Positions 10,074 through 20,331 of a stretch of 64,000 bases of DNA are shown piece after piece. Source of the DNA: an uncultured Bacteroidales bacterium (GTDB lineage Bacteria > Bacteroidota > Bacteroidia > Bacteroidales > P3); the NCBI GenBank assembly GCA_900318665.1, contig ONLQ01000003.1, positions 12,387 to 76,386 of the forward strand. Direction: 5' to 3'. Each line of letters opens with the position of its first letter. Position 1 is the stretch's first letter. The notes under the pieces were generated by a model. The model was not told where the DNA came from and ran no database searches. It worked only from the letters and a program-made list of their open reading frames with translations. A program made the translations under genes and the position numbers.

Positions 10074-11057
10074 ATGGACACATCGGTCAAATATCTTGAA
10101 AAAAAACTAAAAACGCCCATCATCGTCGGCAGTTGCGGACTGGCTAGCAGCATCGACGATTTGAAACGCATGGAAGATGCTGGCGCTGGCGCCATAGTGC
10201 TGAAAACTCGCTTTGAGGAAGAATTTGCCTACGACACCAAGCGCAACACGCCCATCTATATGCGCACCAATCAATATGGCGAGAGTTACAACTATGTGGC
10301 CGACCGCCTGGGCGAGTTTAATCTCGACGACTATTTTGAATACCTGCGTAAGGTAAAAAGCGCCATAAGCATCCCCGTCATTGGCAGCATCAACTGCATC
10401 TCGTTCGAATCGTGGATTAACTATCTGAAACGCTACGAGGCCGCTGGTGTGGATGCCATGGAACTAAACATTGCCCTGCATCCTTACGATATCAACACTA
10501 CGGCGTCCGACGTGGAGCGCACCTACAACCAAATCCTCATGTCAGTGAAACGCCTAACGAATATGCCTATCGCAATAAAATTGGGCTACTATTTCACCGA
10601 TATGGCCAAGTTCGTGCAGAGGCTTTCGTGGTCGGGCGTGCTGGGCGTGGTGCTTTTTGACCGCGAGGCGCCTGTGGACATCAACATCGACACTTTCGGT
10701 TTGGAGCCGAAAGGCTATGCCGAACAGTCTAACGATATGTCGATGATGTTGAGATGGATAGGTGCTCTTGCCAACAAGACAAAATGCTGCATCTCGGCAT
10801 CGTCGAGCATCGGCAGCTGGCAAGACGTGGTGAAGAACCTTATCGTAGGCGCGACCACCGTGCAGGTCTCGTCTTGTCTCTACAGCAACGGCATCGACTA
10901 TATCACGACACTCCAGAAAGGTCTGGAACAATGGATGGAGCAGCACCAATTCGACACCATTGACAGTTTCAAAGGACGGCTTGCATTAGGCTCTCACGAC
11001 GACGTGGCGTCTATTATGCGAGTATTGTCTATCAAAAGCACAATGGAGATAAACTAA
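10074..11057 (+). CDS. dihydroorotate dehydrogenase-like flavoprotein
   Basis: 327 aa. TIM-barrel DHOD-family pattern: PIIVGSCGLA...AGAGAIVLKT...IPVIGSIN...GVDAMELN. Confidence 0.75.
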   Translation: MDTSVKYLEKKLKTPIIVGSCGLASSIDDLKRMEDAGAGAIVLKTRFEEEFAYDTKRNTPIYMRTNQYGESYNYVADRLGEFNLDDYFEYLRKVKSAISIPVIGSINCISFESWINYLKRYEAAGVDAMELNIALHPYDINTTASDVERTYNQILMSVKRLTNMPIAIKLGYYFTDMAKFVQRLSWSGVLGVVLFDREAPVDINIDTFGLEPKGYAEQSNDMSMMLRWIGALANKTKCCISASSSIGSWQDVVKNLIVGATTVQVSSCLYSNGIDYITTLQKGLEQWMEQHQFDTIDSFKGRLALGSHDDVASIMRVLSIKSTMEIN

Positions 11058-11129
11058 TCCCTCCAGAACCATTCTACGAACCATACAGCGACAACAAATA
11101 TCATACTAACCATAAACAAACAAAACAAT

Positions 11130-11591
11130 ATGGAAACTACCGAGAAAAATGGCACTTTCTTCAGGTTCGAAGAACTAAGAATCTACGCCAAGGCCACCGC
11201 CTACAGCCAGTGGCTGCTTCAAACCATGCACCTGCCTGTCAACGAGGCACAGAAAAACCTCTTTGACGCATTCTGCCACTCGTCCTACGACATCGCCCTC
11301 AACATTGCCGAAGGCTCGTCGCGCAACAAAAGCCAGTTTGAGCACTATCTGAAAATCTCAAAGACCGCCATCCGCGAGTGCTACGTTTACACCACCATCG
11401 CCACCAACCTCGGCATGCTTACCGCCGAAGAGGGCGCACAAAGCGGCGAATACCTCATGGAGATGACCCGTATGCTTGGCGCGCTGATTATCTCGCTGAC
11501 ACGCAACCGTCGCTCCGCTGACGACGAGCGAGAGGATTCTCCCGCCGACGAAAGCACCGATATGCTCGACAATATTGATACCGACTTCTAA
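11130..11591 (+). CDS. four-helix-bundle protein (23S rRNA intervening-sequence protein family)
   Basis: 153 aa. The F.FE.L.IY..A......L pattern and NIAEGSSR are the family hallmark. The C-terminal tail is acidic. Confidence 0.75.
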   Translation: METTEKNGTFFRFEELRIYAKATAYSQWLLQTMHLPVNEAQKNLFDAFCHSSYDIALNIAEGSSRNKSQFEHYLKISKTAIRECYVYTTIATNLGMLTAEEGAQSGEYLMEMTRMLGALIISLTRNRRSADDEREDSPADESTDMLDNIDTDF

Positions 11592-11597
11592 AAAATC

Positions 11598-11632
11598 GGC
11601 GAGGCGATACAAGCCTCGCCATTTTTATTTTT
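11598..11632 (+). terminator. rho-independent terminator
   Basis: ggcgaggc / gcctcgcc is an 8-bp GC-rich stem with loop gatacaa, followed by atttttattttt. Confidence 0.7.
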
Positions 11633-11665
11633 CATCATTAATATAATTGACAGTATTTGCTACAA

Positions 11666-12490
11666 ATGCTAACAAACTATCCGAAACTCCATAACTTGAA
11701 TTTTTGCGAGACCGGCAATTTCTTTTTGATTGCCGGTCCTTGCGTTATTGAAGACGAGAAGAGTCCTTTCGCCATTGCCGAACGACTGGTCGAGATAACC
11801 CAACGTCTTCAAATCCCCTTCGCGTTCAAAGCCTCCTACAAAAAAGCCAACCGCTCGCGACTCGATTCGTTCACAGGCATTGGCGACATCGAAGGGCTTG
11901 AAATACTGCAGGCTATAAGCCGCAAATACGGCGTGCCCGTGGTGACAGACGTCCACAACGAGGCCGAGGCTGCAAAGGCGGCGCAATATGTTGACGTGCT
12001 GCAAATTCCTGCTTTCCTCTGCCGTCAGACCGACCTTCTGCGCGCCGCCGCCGAAACGGGTCGCGTGGTCAACGTCAAGAAAGGACAATTCCTATCGCCA
12101 GAGGCTATGACACACGTGGTGGACAAGATGAACGCCTTTGGCAACTCCAACGTGATGCTCACCGAACGAGGCACGACTTTCGGTTACCAGGACCTCGTGG
12201 TCGATTTTCGCGGTGTTACGGAGATGAAGAAAAACAATGTCCCCGTGGTGGTAGATATAACCCATTCGTTGCAGCGCCCCAATCAGGTGGCAGGCGTCAC
12301 GGGTGGCAACCCCGAAATGATAGAGACCATAGGACGTGCCGCCGTGGCAGTGCAGTGCGATGGCATTTTTATGGAGACCCACCCCAATCCGCAGGTGGCA
12401 AAGTCGGATGGTGCCAACATGTTGCGGCTCGACCTGGCTGACAATCTCCTGCAGACACTGCTCCGAATACACAAAGTATCAAGGATATAA
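11666..12490 (+). CDS. kdsA: 3-deoxy-8-phosphooctulonate (KDO-8-P) synthase
   Basis: FLIAGPCVIEDE, FKASYKKANRS and DVLQIPAFLCRQTDLL are present. The ORF-track start at 11657 is a TTG, so I prefer the ATG at 11666. Confidence 0.9.
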   Translation: MLTNYPKLHNLNFCETGNFFLIAGPCVIEDEKSPFAIAERLVEITQRLQIPFAFKASYKKANRSRLDSFTGIGDIEGLEILQAISRKYGVPVVTDVHNEAEAAKAAQYVDVLQIPAFLCRQTDLLRAAAETGRVVNVKKGQFLSPEAMTHVVDKMNAFGNSNVMLTERGTTFGYQDLVVDFRGVTEMKKNNVPVVVDITHSLQRPNQVAGVTGGNPEMIETIGRAAVAVQCDGIFMETHPNPQVAKSDGANMLRLDLADNLLQTLLRIHKVSRI

Positions 12491-12529
12491 TCTTTCAAAA
12501 CCTCACTCTCAACTACCAAAACTATCACT

Positions 12530-13456
12530 ATGCAACTAAACCTAAAACGACCGCTCGTATTCTTCGACCTTGAAACCACCGGCCTGCAAGTAGGACACGA
12601 CCGCATTGTCGAAATGTGCTTCCTAAAGATAAACCCCGATGGCACAGAAGAGACACTAAACACCCGCGTGCGTCCTGCAGACGAACAAGGAAACACGATA
12701 CCCATTCCCAAAGAATCGACAGCAATACACGGCATTTCCGATGCCGACGTGGCCGACAAGCCCTCGTTCAAAGAACTTGCGCCTCGCGTAATACAGTTCA
12801 TAGGCGACGCCGACCTTGCTGGCTACAACTCCAACAAATTCGACGTGCCCATGCTTGTCGAAGAATTTCTTCGCGCCGGACAGCCGTTCGACATAAAGCA
12901 GCATCTCCGTATCGATGTGCAAAACATATTCCACAAAATGGAACAGCGCACACTGCGTGCAGCCCACAGGTTCTATTGTGGTAGAGACTTCGACAATGCC
13001 CATTCGGCCGACGCCGACACCTATGCCACCTACGAGGTGCTGAAGGCACAGTTAGACCGCTACAAGGACAGCGACTACGAGGTGAAAGAAGGCGTGGTGG
13101 AGAAAAATCCCGTGCGCAACGACGTCGAAGCCCTCAGCGTTTTCAGCACCATTGGCCGCAACGCCGACCTCGTGGGACACATTGTTTACGATGCCAACGG
13201 ACAGGAAACGTTTAACTTCGGAAAACACAAAGGACGCACACTCCAAGCGGTATTTACCGAAGAGCCTTCCTATGCCGACTGGATGACAAAGTCCGATTTT
13301 CCTCTCAGCACCAAAGCCGTTGTCAACGAGGTTTATGAGCGCGTGAGGAACAAGAAAAAACAGGAAAAGCAATTCCAACCCAAAAGAGAACCGCGGAAAG
13401 AAGCCAACGGCCAACTGCAAGAACAACTGCGACTGTTTAATCTGACCGATAAATAA
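12530..13456 (+). CDS. 3'-5' exonuclease, DnaQ/epsilon-like (DEDDh)
   Basis: 308 aa. ExoI VFFDLETTGL, ExoII GYNSNKFDVPML and ExoIII HSADADTYATYEV are present. Confidence 0.85.
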   Translation: MQLNLKRPLVFFDLETTGLQVGHDRIVEMCFLKINPDGTEETLNTRVRPADEQGNTIPIPKESTAIHGISDADVADKPSFKELAPRVIQFIGDADLAGYNSNKFDVPMLVEEFLRAGQPFDIKQHLRIDVQNIFHKMEQRTLRAAHRFYCGRDFDNAHSADADTYATYEVLKAQLDRYKDSDYEVKEGVVEKNPVRNDVEALSVFSTIGRNADLVGHIVYDANGQETFNFGKHKGRTLQAVFTEEPSYADWMTKSDFPLSTKAVVNEVYERVRNKKKQEKQFQPKREPRKEANGQLQEQLRLFNLTDK

Positions 13457-13495
13457 GCAATCAGCGGAAGGCATAACCAATACCATTAGTAAAAA

Positions 13496-15739
13496 ATGTC
13501 GTCGCTTCCACCGATTTTCCTCGACTTAGCAATAATCCTCATCACTGCAGGAGTTGTAACCATAGTATTCAAATGGCTCAAACAGCCATTGGTGCTTGGC
13601 TACATTGTTGCGGGATTTATAATCGGTCCCTATGTAACTTGGTTCCCTGCCGTTACCGACAAGGCCAACGTGCATGTGTGGAGCGATATCGGCATTGTTT
13701 TCCTAATGTTTGCCTTGGGTCTGGAGTTCAGCATCAAGAAACTGAAAAAGGTTGGAGCCACAGGCGCCATCACGGCGCTGACCGAACTGTGCATCATGTT
13801 CTTGATAGGCAGTTCGCTGGGCAAGATACTCGGCTTCCAGCAGATGGAATGTATATTCCTCGGCTGCATGCTCTCCATCTCCTCTACCACTATTATTATC
13901 AAGTCGTTTGACGACCTGAAACTCAAGCAGCAGAAATTCACCAACACCGTGACGGCTGTTCTTGTTGTGGAGGACCTCGTGGCGGTATTGCTTCTCGTGC
14001 TGCTCTCCACGCTCTCTGTCAGCCGAAGTTTCAACGGCGGCGAGTTGGTGATGAGCCTCTTCAAACTGCTGTTTTTCTTGGTCATCTGGTTCGTTTTCGG
14101 CATTTTTTTCATACCGACGTTCCTGCGCTGGATGCGTCGTTTCATGACTGAAGAGACCCTTTGCATAGTGGCCACGGGCCTCTGCTTCGGCATGGTGGTG
14201 CTGGCCTCTTACGCGGGTTTCTCTACCGCATTGGGCGCTTTCGTGATGGGCGCTATACTTGCCGAAACCATTGAAGCCGACACCATACACCGAATTATCA
14301 CCCCCATCAAAAACCTGTTTGGTGCCGTCTTTTTTGTCTCAGTCGGAATGCTGGTGAACCCAGAGGTCTTGGTCAAATACATTCTGCCCATTCTCGCCAT
14401 TGCTGCCACCATCGTAATATTCAAATCAACGGCTGCCACCATAGGCGTGCTACTTAGCGGCAAGCCACTCAAATCCGCAATCCAGAGCGGTTTCTGCTTC
14501 TGTCAGATAGGCGAGTTCTCATTCATCATCGCAGGCCTCGGACTCAGTTTCGGCGTCATTGGCGAGAACCTCTACCCCATCATCGTGTCGGTGTCTATCA
14601 TCACCACCTTTGTCACACCTTATATGATAAAGGCGGGTCTGCCTTTCTACGAATGGCTCAACCCACGGCTGCCCGAGAAACTGAAAACCGCCTTGGGCAA
14701 ATACTCCTCATCGGCAATCAACAGCGGCAAAGGCTCGATGGTTAACAAATTCATACGCCGTCAGTTGTTCTCCACGCTCATCTACGGCACCATTCTCGCC
14801 GTCATCTCGCTGCTATCTTTCACATTGCTGCAGCCCTTCCTGCTTCGCGCATTCAATACGGCAGGACTAAGCAGCAAGTGGGCCAACATCTTAGGCGCGA
14901 CAATAACGCTCACCGTAATGGCTCCATTCGTATGGGCCATGGTGCAGAATGTCAATTTCGACCGCGTGCGCAAGATGCTCCACGCCTATCACAACAGCCA
15001 GGTGGCGGTCATCCCTCTTGTCATTCTACGCATCTTTGTGGCCTTGTTTGCCGTGGGCGTAGTGCTGGCACGTTACATTCACCTGGCATTGGGTTTCGTG
15101 CTTGTGCTGACGATATTGGTGCTGATTTTCGTGCTGACATCGCGGCGTGCCACACGGGCATATCTGCGTTTAGAGGAACATTTTGTGTCCAACTTCAACC
15201 AGCGTCAGGCGCAAAACTCATTCCGTATTCCTCAGACAATGGAACAGGTGTTCAGCATGGAACGCCTACAACTCACATCGTTCTCCAATCTCATAGGGCA
15301 GACCCTGCGACAGAGTAATCTGCGTGCCAATTTCGGTCTGAGCGTGGTCTCTATCGAACGTGGCAACAACGTGATAAACCTGCCGGGAAGCGAAGAACTG
15401 CTGATGCCGCAGGACAAACTCACCGTGATTGGCACCGAGGAACAGATAGCCCGCTTACGCGTTGAGGCCGAGGTGGAGCCCGACATGCTGATACACGACC
15501 ATTCCGACAACGAGGTAAACATCTATCGCTATGTCATCATCAACGACGGCCCTCTGCACGGCAAAGACCTAATACATGCCGACCTGCGCAATCGCTTCAA
15601 CGGCATGGTGATAGCCATTGAACGCGATGGAGATTACATACTCAACCCGAAAGCCACCACGGTGTTTCAAGAAAACGACGTGGTTTGGTTCGTCTCTCCC
15701 GACGAGATAACCCTGAACCGTTTTGTGAAAGAAGGTTAG
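13496..15739 (+). CDS. cation:proton antiporter (CPA2-like) with two C-terminal RCK_C/TrkA-C domains
   Basis: 747 aa. About 12 TM helices are followed by two soluble repeats (L.G.TL....LR...G..V..IER). Confidence 0.8.
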   Translation: MSSLPPIFLDLAIILITAGVVTIVFKWLKQPLVLGYIVAGFIIGPYVTWFPAVTDKANVHVWSDIGIVFLMFALGLEFSIKKLKKVGATGAITALTELCIMFLIGSSLGKILGFQQMECIFLGCMLSISSTTIIIKSFDDLKLKQQKFTNTVTAVLVVEDLVAVLLLVLLSTLSVSRSFNGGELVMSLFKLLFFLVIWFVFGIFFIPTFLRWMRRFMTEETLCIVATGLCFGMVVLASYAGFSTALGAFVMGAILAETIEADTIHRIITPIKNLFGAVFFVSVGMLVNPEVLVKYILPILAIAATIVIFKSTAATIGVLLSGKPLKSAIQSGFCFCQIGEFSFIIAGLGLSFGVIGENLYPIIVSVSIITTFVTPYMIKAGLPFYEWLNPRLPEKLKTALGKYSSSAINSGKGSMVNKFIRRQLFSTLIYGTILAVISLLSFTLLQPFLLRAFNTAGLSSKWANILGATITLTVMAPFVWAMVQNVNFDRVRKMLHAYHNSQVAVIPLVILRIFVALFAVGVVLARYIHLALGFVLVLTILVLIFVLTSRRATRAYLRLEEHFVSNFNQRQAQNSFRIPQTMEQVFSMERLQLTSFSNLIGQTLRQSNLRANFGLSVVSIERGNNVINLPGSEELLMPQDKLTVIGTEEQIARLRVEAEVEPDMLIHDHSDNEVNIYRYVIINDGPLHGKDLIHADLRNRFNGMVIAIERDGDYILNPKATTVFQENDVVWFVSPDEITLNRFVKEG

Positions 15740-15801
15740 CCTGCATTTCACATCAAAATAATAAACCGCAATAAACACTACATTTCCATAATCACACACC
15801 A

Positions 15802-17439
15802 ATGAAACGCTTATCGCTCTCACTGCTGACAATTCTGCTTCCTTTCGCACTGATGGCGCAGGAGGACAAAGGATTCGAGATTTCAAAAAATCTTGAAATC
15901 TTCTCCAACGTGTATAAGAACCTCCATCAATATTATGTAGATGACGTTGACCCTGGCAAGACTATGCGTGCCGCCATCGACGCCATGCTTGAATCAATGG
16001 ACCCCTACACGAACTACTATCCCGAATCGGAGATGGAGGACGTGAAACTCCAACTGATGGGAAAATACGGCGGTATAGGCGCCTATATCCAGCAGCAAGG
16101 GAAATGGGTCTATGTGTCGGAGCCTTACGAGAACTCGCCCGCCGACCGTGCCGGGCTGAAGGCTGGCGACCGCATTGTGAGCATAGGTAGCGAGAGTGCC
16201 GAAGGCAAGACGGTCTCCGACATCAGCAGCGCGCTCCGCGGACAGGCTGGGACAAGCATCACCATAGGCCTGGAACGCAACGGCAAACGCTTTGAACGCA
16301 CCATAGTGCGCGAGGAAATCCAGATGAAAGACGTGCCATACTACGGCTATGTGCAGAACGACTATGGCTATGTGAAACTCAACGAGTTCACCCGTGGCTC
16401 GGCATCCGATGTACGCTCGGCAGTGCAGGACCTGATGCAGGGCAACAAGAAACTCAAAGGCATAATACTCGACCTGCGTGGCAATGGTGGCGGACTGATG
16501 AACGAGGCGGTGGACATCGTCAATATCTTTATGCCCAAAGGTCAACTTGTTGTGGAAACCAAGGGCAAGGTGGCATCGAAAAACCTTAAAAGTTTCACCA
16601 ACCGCGAACCGCTCAGCACCGACATACCCGTGGCAGTGATTATCGACTCCTATAGCGCATCGGCAAGCGAGATTGTGAGCGGTAGCCTGCAAGATTTCGA
16701 CCGCGCCATAATCGTAGGCGAACGGTCATACGGCAAAGGCCTGGTGCAGAACATTCTGCCTATGCCCTACAACACCCAGATGAAGATAACGGTATCGAAA
16801 TACTACATTCCCTCGGGGCGCTGCATCCAAGCCCTCGACTACGCCCACCGCGACACCAATGGCCGTGCCACCAAGGTGCCCGACTCGCTGAAAACGGCTT
16901 TCAAAACCCGCAACGGACGCACTGTGTATGACGGCTTCGGCATAGAGCCCGATGTGGAGATGGAACCGCAATATATGTCGGGCATAGCGGCATCGCTCTA
17001 CGCCAAACACCACATCTTCAACTACGCCACGCAATTCGTCTCCACCCACGACACCATACTTCCACCCTCGCAGTTCACTATCACCGACGAGATTTTCTCC
17101 GACTTTGTGCGCTATCTCTCCGACAAGGACTATTCCTACAGCACCATAACGGAACGCATACTCGACGAACTACGCAAAACAGCCAAAGAGGAAAACTATC
17201 TCGATGCTATAAAGGAACAACTTGACGCTATGGAGCAAGGCTTCCGCAAGGACAAAGAGAAAGACATCTATCGCTATCGCGCCGAGATAAGCGAGATGCT
17301 GGGCGCCGAAATCCTCACACGCTACTACTACGAGCGCGGCAGGATAGAGGGCAGCCTTACCACCGACCCCGACGTGAAACGCGCCATAGAAGTTCTTTCC
17401 GACACCAAGGAATACAAGAAACTTTTGGGACAAAAATAA
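15802..17439 (+). CDS. S41 family C-terminal processing peptidase
   Basis: 545 aa. Signal peptide, PDZ region (AGLKAGDRIVSIG), LDLRGNGGG, and the SASASEIV nucleophile segment. Confidence 0.9.
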   Translation: MKRLSLSLLTILLPFALMAQEDKGFEISKNLEIFSNVYKNLHQYYVDDVDPGKTMRAAIDAMLESMDPYTNYYPESEMEDVKLQLMGKYGGIGAYIQQQGKWVYVSEPYENSPADRAGLKAGDRIVSIGSESAEGKTVSDISSALRGQAGTSITIGLERNGKRFERTIVREEIQMKDVPYYGYVQNDYGYVKLNEFTRGSASDVRSAVQDLMQGNKKLKGIILDLRGNGGGLMNEAVDIVNIFMPKGQLVVETKGKVASKNLKSFTNREPLSTDIPVAVIIDSYSASASEIVSGSLQDFDRAIIVGERSYGKGLVQNILPMPYNTQMKITVSKYYIPSGRCIQALDYAHRDTNGRATKVPDSLKTAFKTRNGRTVYDGFGIEPDVEMEPQYMSGIAASLYAKHHIFNYATQFVSTHDTILPPSQFTITDEIFSDFVRYLSDKDYSYSTITERILDELRKTAKEENYLDAIKEQLDAMEQGFRKDKEKDIYRYRAEISEMLGAEILTRYYYERGRIEGSLTTDPDVKRAIEVLSDTKEYKKLLGQK

Positions 17440-17524
17440 AAGATTAGATGTGTCGGGGCACACTTCGACCATCTAAAAAAACACGCCCGCTATCAGAACT
17501 CGTATCCATAGGATAATCTTTCTC

Positions 17525-17555
17525 TCATCGCTATGTCTGTTAGGCATAGCGATGA
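17525..17555 (+). promoter_or_regulatory. 11-bp perfect hairpin that includes the start codon of the O-antigen-ligase-family gene
   Basis: tcatcgctatg (17525-17535), a 9-nt loop, then catagcgatga (17545-17555). The ATG at 17552-17554 lies inside the 3' arm. Confidence 0.5.
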
Positions 17556-19039
17556 CAACATCGGCATTTGCCGCCAACTTCTTCTATTTCGTGCTGTCCG
17601 TCAACTGGATTGCCGAATGGAACTGGAGCGAGAAATTCTCACATTTCCGCAGCCGCCGATTGCTCCATGCTTTCCTAATCTTGGTGGCAATGCATCTGAT
17701 ATGGCTTGTCGGCACAACCAACTTCGCCTATGCACTGCACGACCTACAGGTAAAACTCCCTCTGCTGGCAGTGCCGCTCATAGTCTTAACATCGCAGCCT
17801 CTTTCAAACAAGCAACGATGGATAATTGGCTCATTCTATGTGACCACGGTGTTTGTTGTGTCAATAATAGGCATTGTACGATACCTCACTATTCCCAACC
17901 TGCCCTACCGTTCCATTGTTCCTTACATCTCTCACATCCGTTTCGCCCTCAACGTCTGCCTTACACTTGTGTTCATAGCCTACGCTGCCATATACATGTG
18001 GAAAAACACGCCTCGCCACCGCTGGCTTTGGACACCTGTGGCAATATTGCTAACCATCTGGTTGTTGTATTTCTTGACAATCCTGCAGTCCTACACATCG
18101 GCAGCAGTGCTACTGGCAATGCTCATTGCCATCGGGGTCTGGGCAGTAACGAAATCTGCAAAGCGTTGGCAGAAACTTACGGCACTCGCGCTTGCCATTG
18201 TCATAATAGGCGGCTCGACAATAGCCATAATCAATATCGCTGACGACTACTATCGCCCTACGGCTCTCGAGAGCGCGCCCCTCGCCACCCACACAGCCAA
18301 CGGCAACGCCTATAGCCACTCCTGCGACGGACTGATAGAAAACGGCGGCCAAGTGAGCAACTACGTGTGCGAAACCGAATTGCGTCAGGCGTGGCCCTTG
18401 TTGAGCCAAATGGGGATAGACGATACCACGCCAATAGGCTATCCCGTCTATCCTACACTGATACGCTATCTCGGCAGCCGTGGGCTGACCAAAGACGCGC
18501 AAGGCGTAATGTCGCTAACTCCTACAGACATCAATGCCATTGAGAAAGGCGTGGCAAATCATGTTTATATTGACGGTTCTACCCCACGTCAAATGATATA
18601 CCGCCTGCTTTTTGAATACGAGAACTATCGCGTTTACGGTAGTGTTGACAACTCATCGCTCGGCGAACGGCTGTTGCTGTGGCAAAGCGGCTGGCAGGTA
18701 TTTTGCCAGCACTCGCTGCTGGGTGTGGCGCCTGGCGACGTGCCCGACCTCTGCCACGAGCAGATTGCGGAAAACCACCCCAGCATGGCACAGACACAGA
18801 AACACCTTCACAACCAGTATCTGTCGTTTCTTGTTGGCTTCGGCATCGTGGGATTTCTTGTCATCGCAGCGGCATTCATCAGAGCCATTCCTCACCGCTC
18901 ACGATGGACGCTGCCTCTACTACTATATATTATAATAGTCCTCGTGTCGTTCGTTGCCGAAGACACGCTCGAAACTCTTGCCGGCATTCTTTTCTGCACT
19001 TTTCCGATAGCGCTATTCCGAACAGAAGAAAAACCGTAA
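17552..19039 (+). CDS. O-antigen ligase / Wzy_C family membrane protein
   Basis: 495 aa and polytopic. It has a large periplasmic loop and the HNQYLSFLVGFGIVG motif typical of Wzy_C. Confidence 0.75.
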   Translation: MTTSAFAANFFYFVLSVNWIAEWNWSEKFSHFRSRRLLHAFLILVAMHLIWLVGTTNFAYALHDLQVKLPLLAVPLIVLTSQPLSNKQRWIIGSFYVTTVFVVSIIGIVRYLTIPNLPYRSIVPYISHIRFALNVCLTLVFIAYAAIYMWKNTPRHRWLWTPVAILLTIWLLYFLTILQSYTSAAVLLAMLIAIGVWAVTKSAKRWQKLTALALAIVIIGGSTIAIINIADDYYRPTALESAPLATHTANGNAYSHSCDGLIENGGQVSNYVCETELRQAWPLLSQMGIDDTTPIGYPVYPTLIRYLGSRGLTKDAQGVMSLTPTDINAIEKGVANHVYIDGSTPRQMIYRLLFEYENYRVYGSVDNSSLGERLLLWQSGWQVFCQHSLLGVAPGDVPDLCHEQIAENHPSMAQTQKHLHNQYLSFLVGFGIVGFLVIAAAFIRAIPHRSRWTLPLLLYIIIVLVSFVAEDTLETLAGILFCTFPIALFRTEEKP

Positions 19040-19074
19040 GCCATTCACACACCATTATTACCACACATCAGACA

Positions 19075-20292
19075 ATGTACCAATACCATACACTCGACAA
19101 CGGCATACGCATCGTTTTCCGAAAGACCGACTCGCCAGTGGCCTATTCGGGAGTGTATATCAACGTAGGCTCGCGCGACGAGGCTCCCGCCGAACAAGGC
19201 GTGGCGCACTTCATAGAACACTCCATTTTCAAAGGCACCGAGCATCGCCGCTCGTACCACATACTCAACCGCATAGACGGCGTTGGAGGCGAACTCAACG
19301 CCTTCACCACCAAGGAAGAGACCTGCGTCTATGCCACCTCGCTCACCGAACATCTCGGACGATGCCTCGAACTCTTTGCCGACGTGCTTTTCCATTCCGT
19401 GTTTCCCGACAAGGAACTTGCCAAGGAAAAAGATGTCGTGATAGAGGAGATTAACAGTTATCAAGACTCACCCTCCGACCTTATCTACGATGAGTTTGAG
19501 GAACTTATCTATGGCGAACACCCGTTGGCACACAACATTTTGGGCACGAAGAAGAACGTAAAACGCTTCTCGCCGCAGTTTGTGCGCGACTTTATGAGCC
19601 GCAACTACACCACCAATCGAATGGTAATCACCGTGGTGGCGAACATTGATTTCAAACGTCTGGTGCGCCTCTGCCAGCGCTATTTCGACCGCTACGAACA
19701 GCGTCAGGCCCCATCACAACGCGACGTGCCGCCTGTGCCGCAACGATTTGAGAAGATTGTCAATCGCCGCACCCATCAGATGCACCTGCTCATAGGCTGT
19801 CCGGCACCCGACATCTACGACGAGGACAAAGTTGCGTTCACCCTGCTCAACAACATCATAGGCGGCCCCGCCATGAACTCGCGCCTCAACGTTGCCATAC
19901 GCGAGCGCTATGGATTCTGCTACAGCATAGAGTCGCAATATGTGCCTTTTAGCGATACAGGCCTTTTCTACATCTACGCTGGCATCGAGCCCGATGCCTA
20001 CGACCGTGTGTGCAAACTCATCGAAGGCGAGACAACGCGTTTTGCCGAAAGTCTCCTATCGCCACAACAATTGCGCTCGGCACAACGCCAACTCATAGGA
20101 CAGATGGCCATAACAGGCGACAACGCGCTGAACGAGATGCAATCCATAGGCAAAGCCTGCCTCAACTACGGCAAAGTGGACACTCTCGACGAGATGGCCA
20201 ACGACATAATGGCAGTAACGGCCAACGACATTCAGACGGTGGCCGCACGCTATTTTTCTCCCGACAAGTTCAGCCTGCTTTGCTATAAATAG
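19075..20292 (+). CDS. M16 (pitrilysin) family zinc peptidase
   Basis: HFIEHSIFKGT is the inverted HxxEH zinc motif. The start was re-assigned to the ATG at 19075 (MYQYHTLDNGIRIV), because the ORF-track start at 18679 overlaps the preceding gene. Confidence 0.85.
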   Translation: MYQYHTLDNGIRIVFRKTDSPVAYSGVYINVGSRDEAPAEQGVAHFIEHSIFKGTEHRRSYHILNRIDGVGGELNAFTTKEETCVYATSLTEHLGRCLELFADVLFHSVFPDKELAKEKDVVIEEINSYQDSPSDLIYDEFEELIYGEHPLAHNILGTKKNVKRFSPQFVRDFMSRNYTTNRMVITVVANIDFKRLVRLCQRYFDRYEQRQAPSQRDVPPVPQRFEKIVNRRTHQMHLLIGCPAPDIYDEDKVAFTLLNNIIGGPAMNSRLNVAIRERYGFCYSIESQYVPFSDTGLFYIYAGIEPDAYDRVCKLIEGETTRFAESLLSPQQLRSAQRQLIGQMAITGDNALNEMQSIGKACLNYGKVDTLDEMANDIMAVTANDIQTVAARYFSPDKFSLLCYK

Positions 20293-20331
20293 GGCTATCT
20301 ATCGGATTTCTTTGAATAGGGATTTCTAATG

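Noticed and set aside
18679-19074. A 132-aa N-terminal extension of the M16 peptidase ORF that overlaps the O-antigen-ligase gene.
   Set aside because: The extension is Arg/Pro/Ser-rich read-through in an alternative frame of a real gene. The family-typical N-terminus MYQYHTLDNGIRIV starts at the ATG at 19075, 36 nt after the upstream stop.
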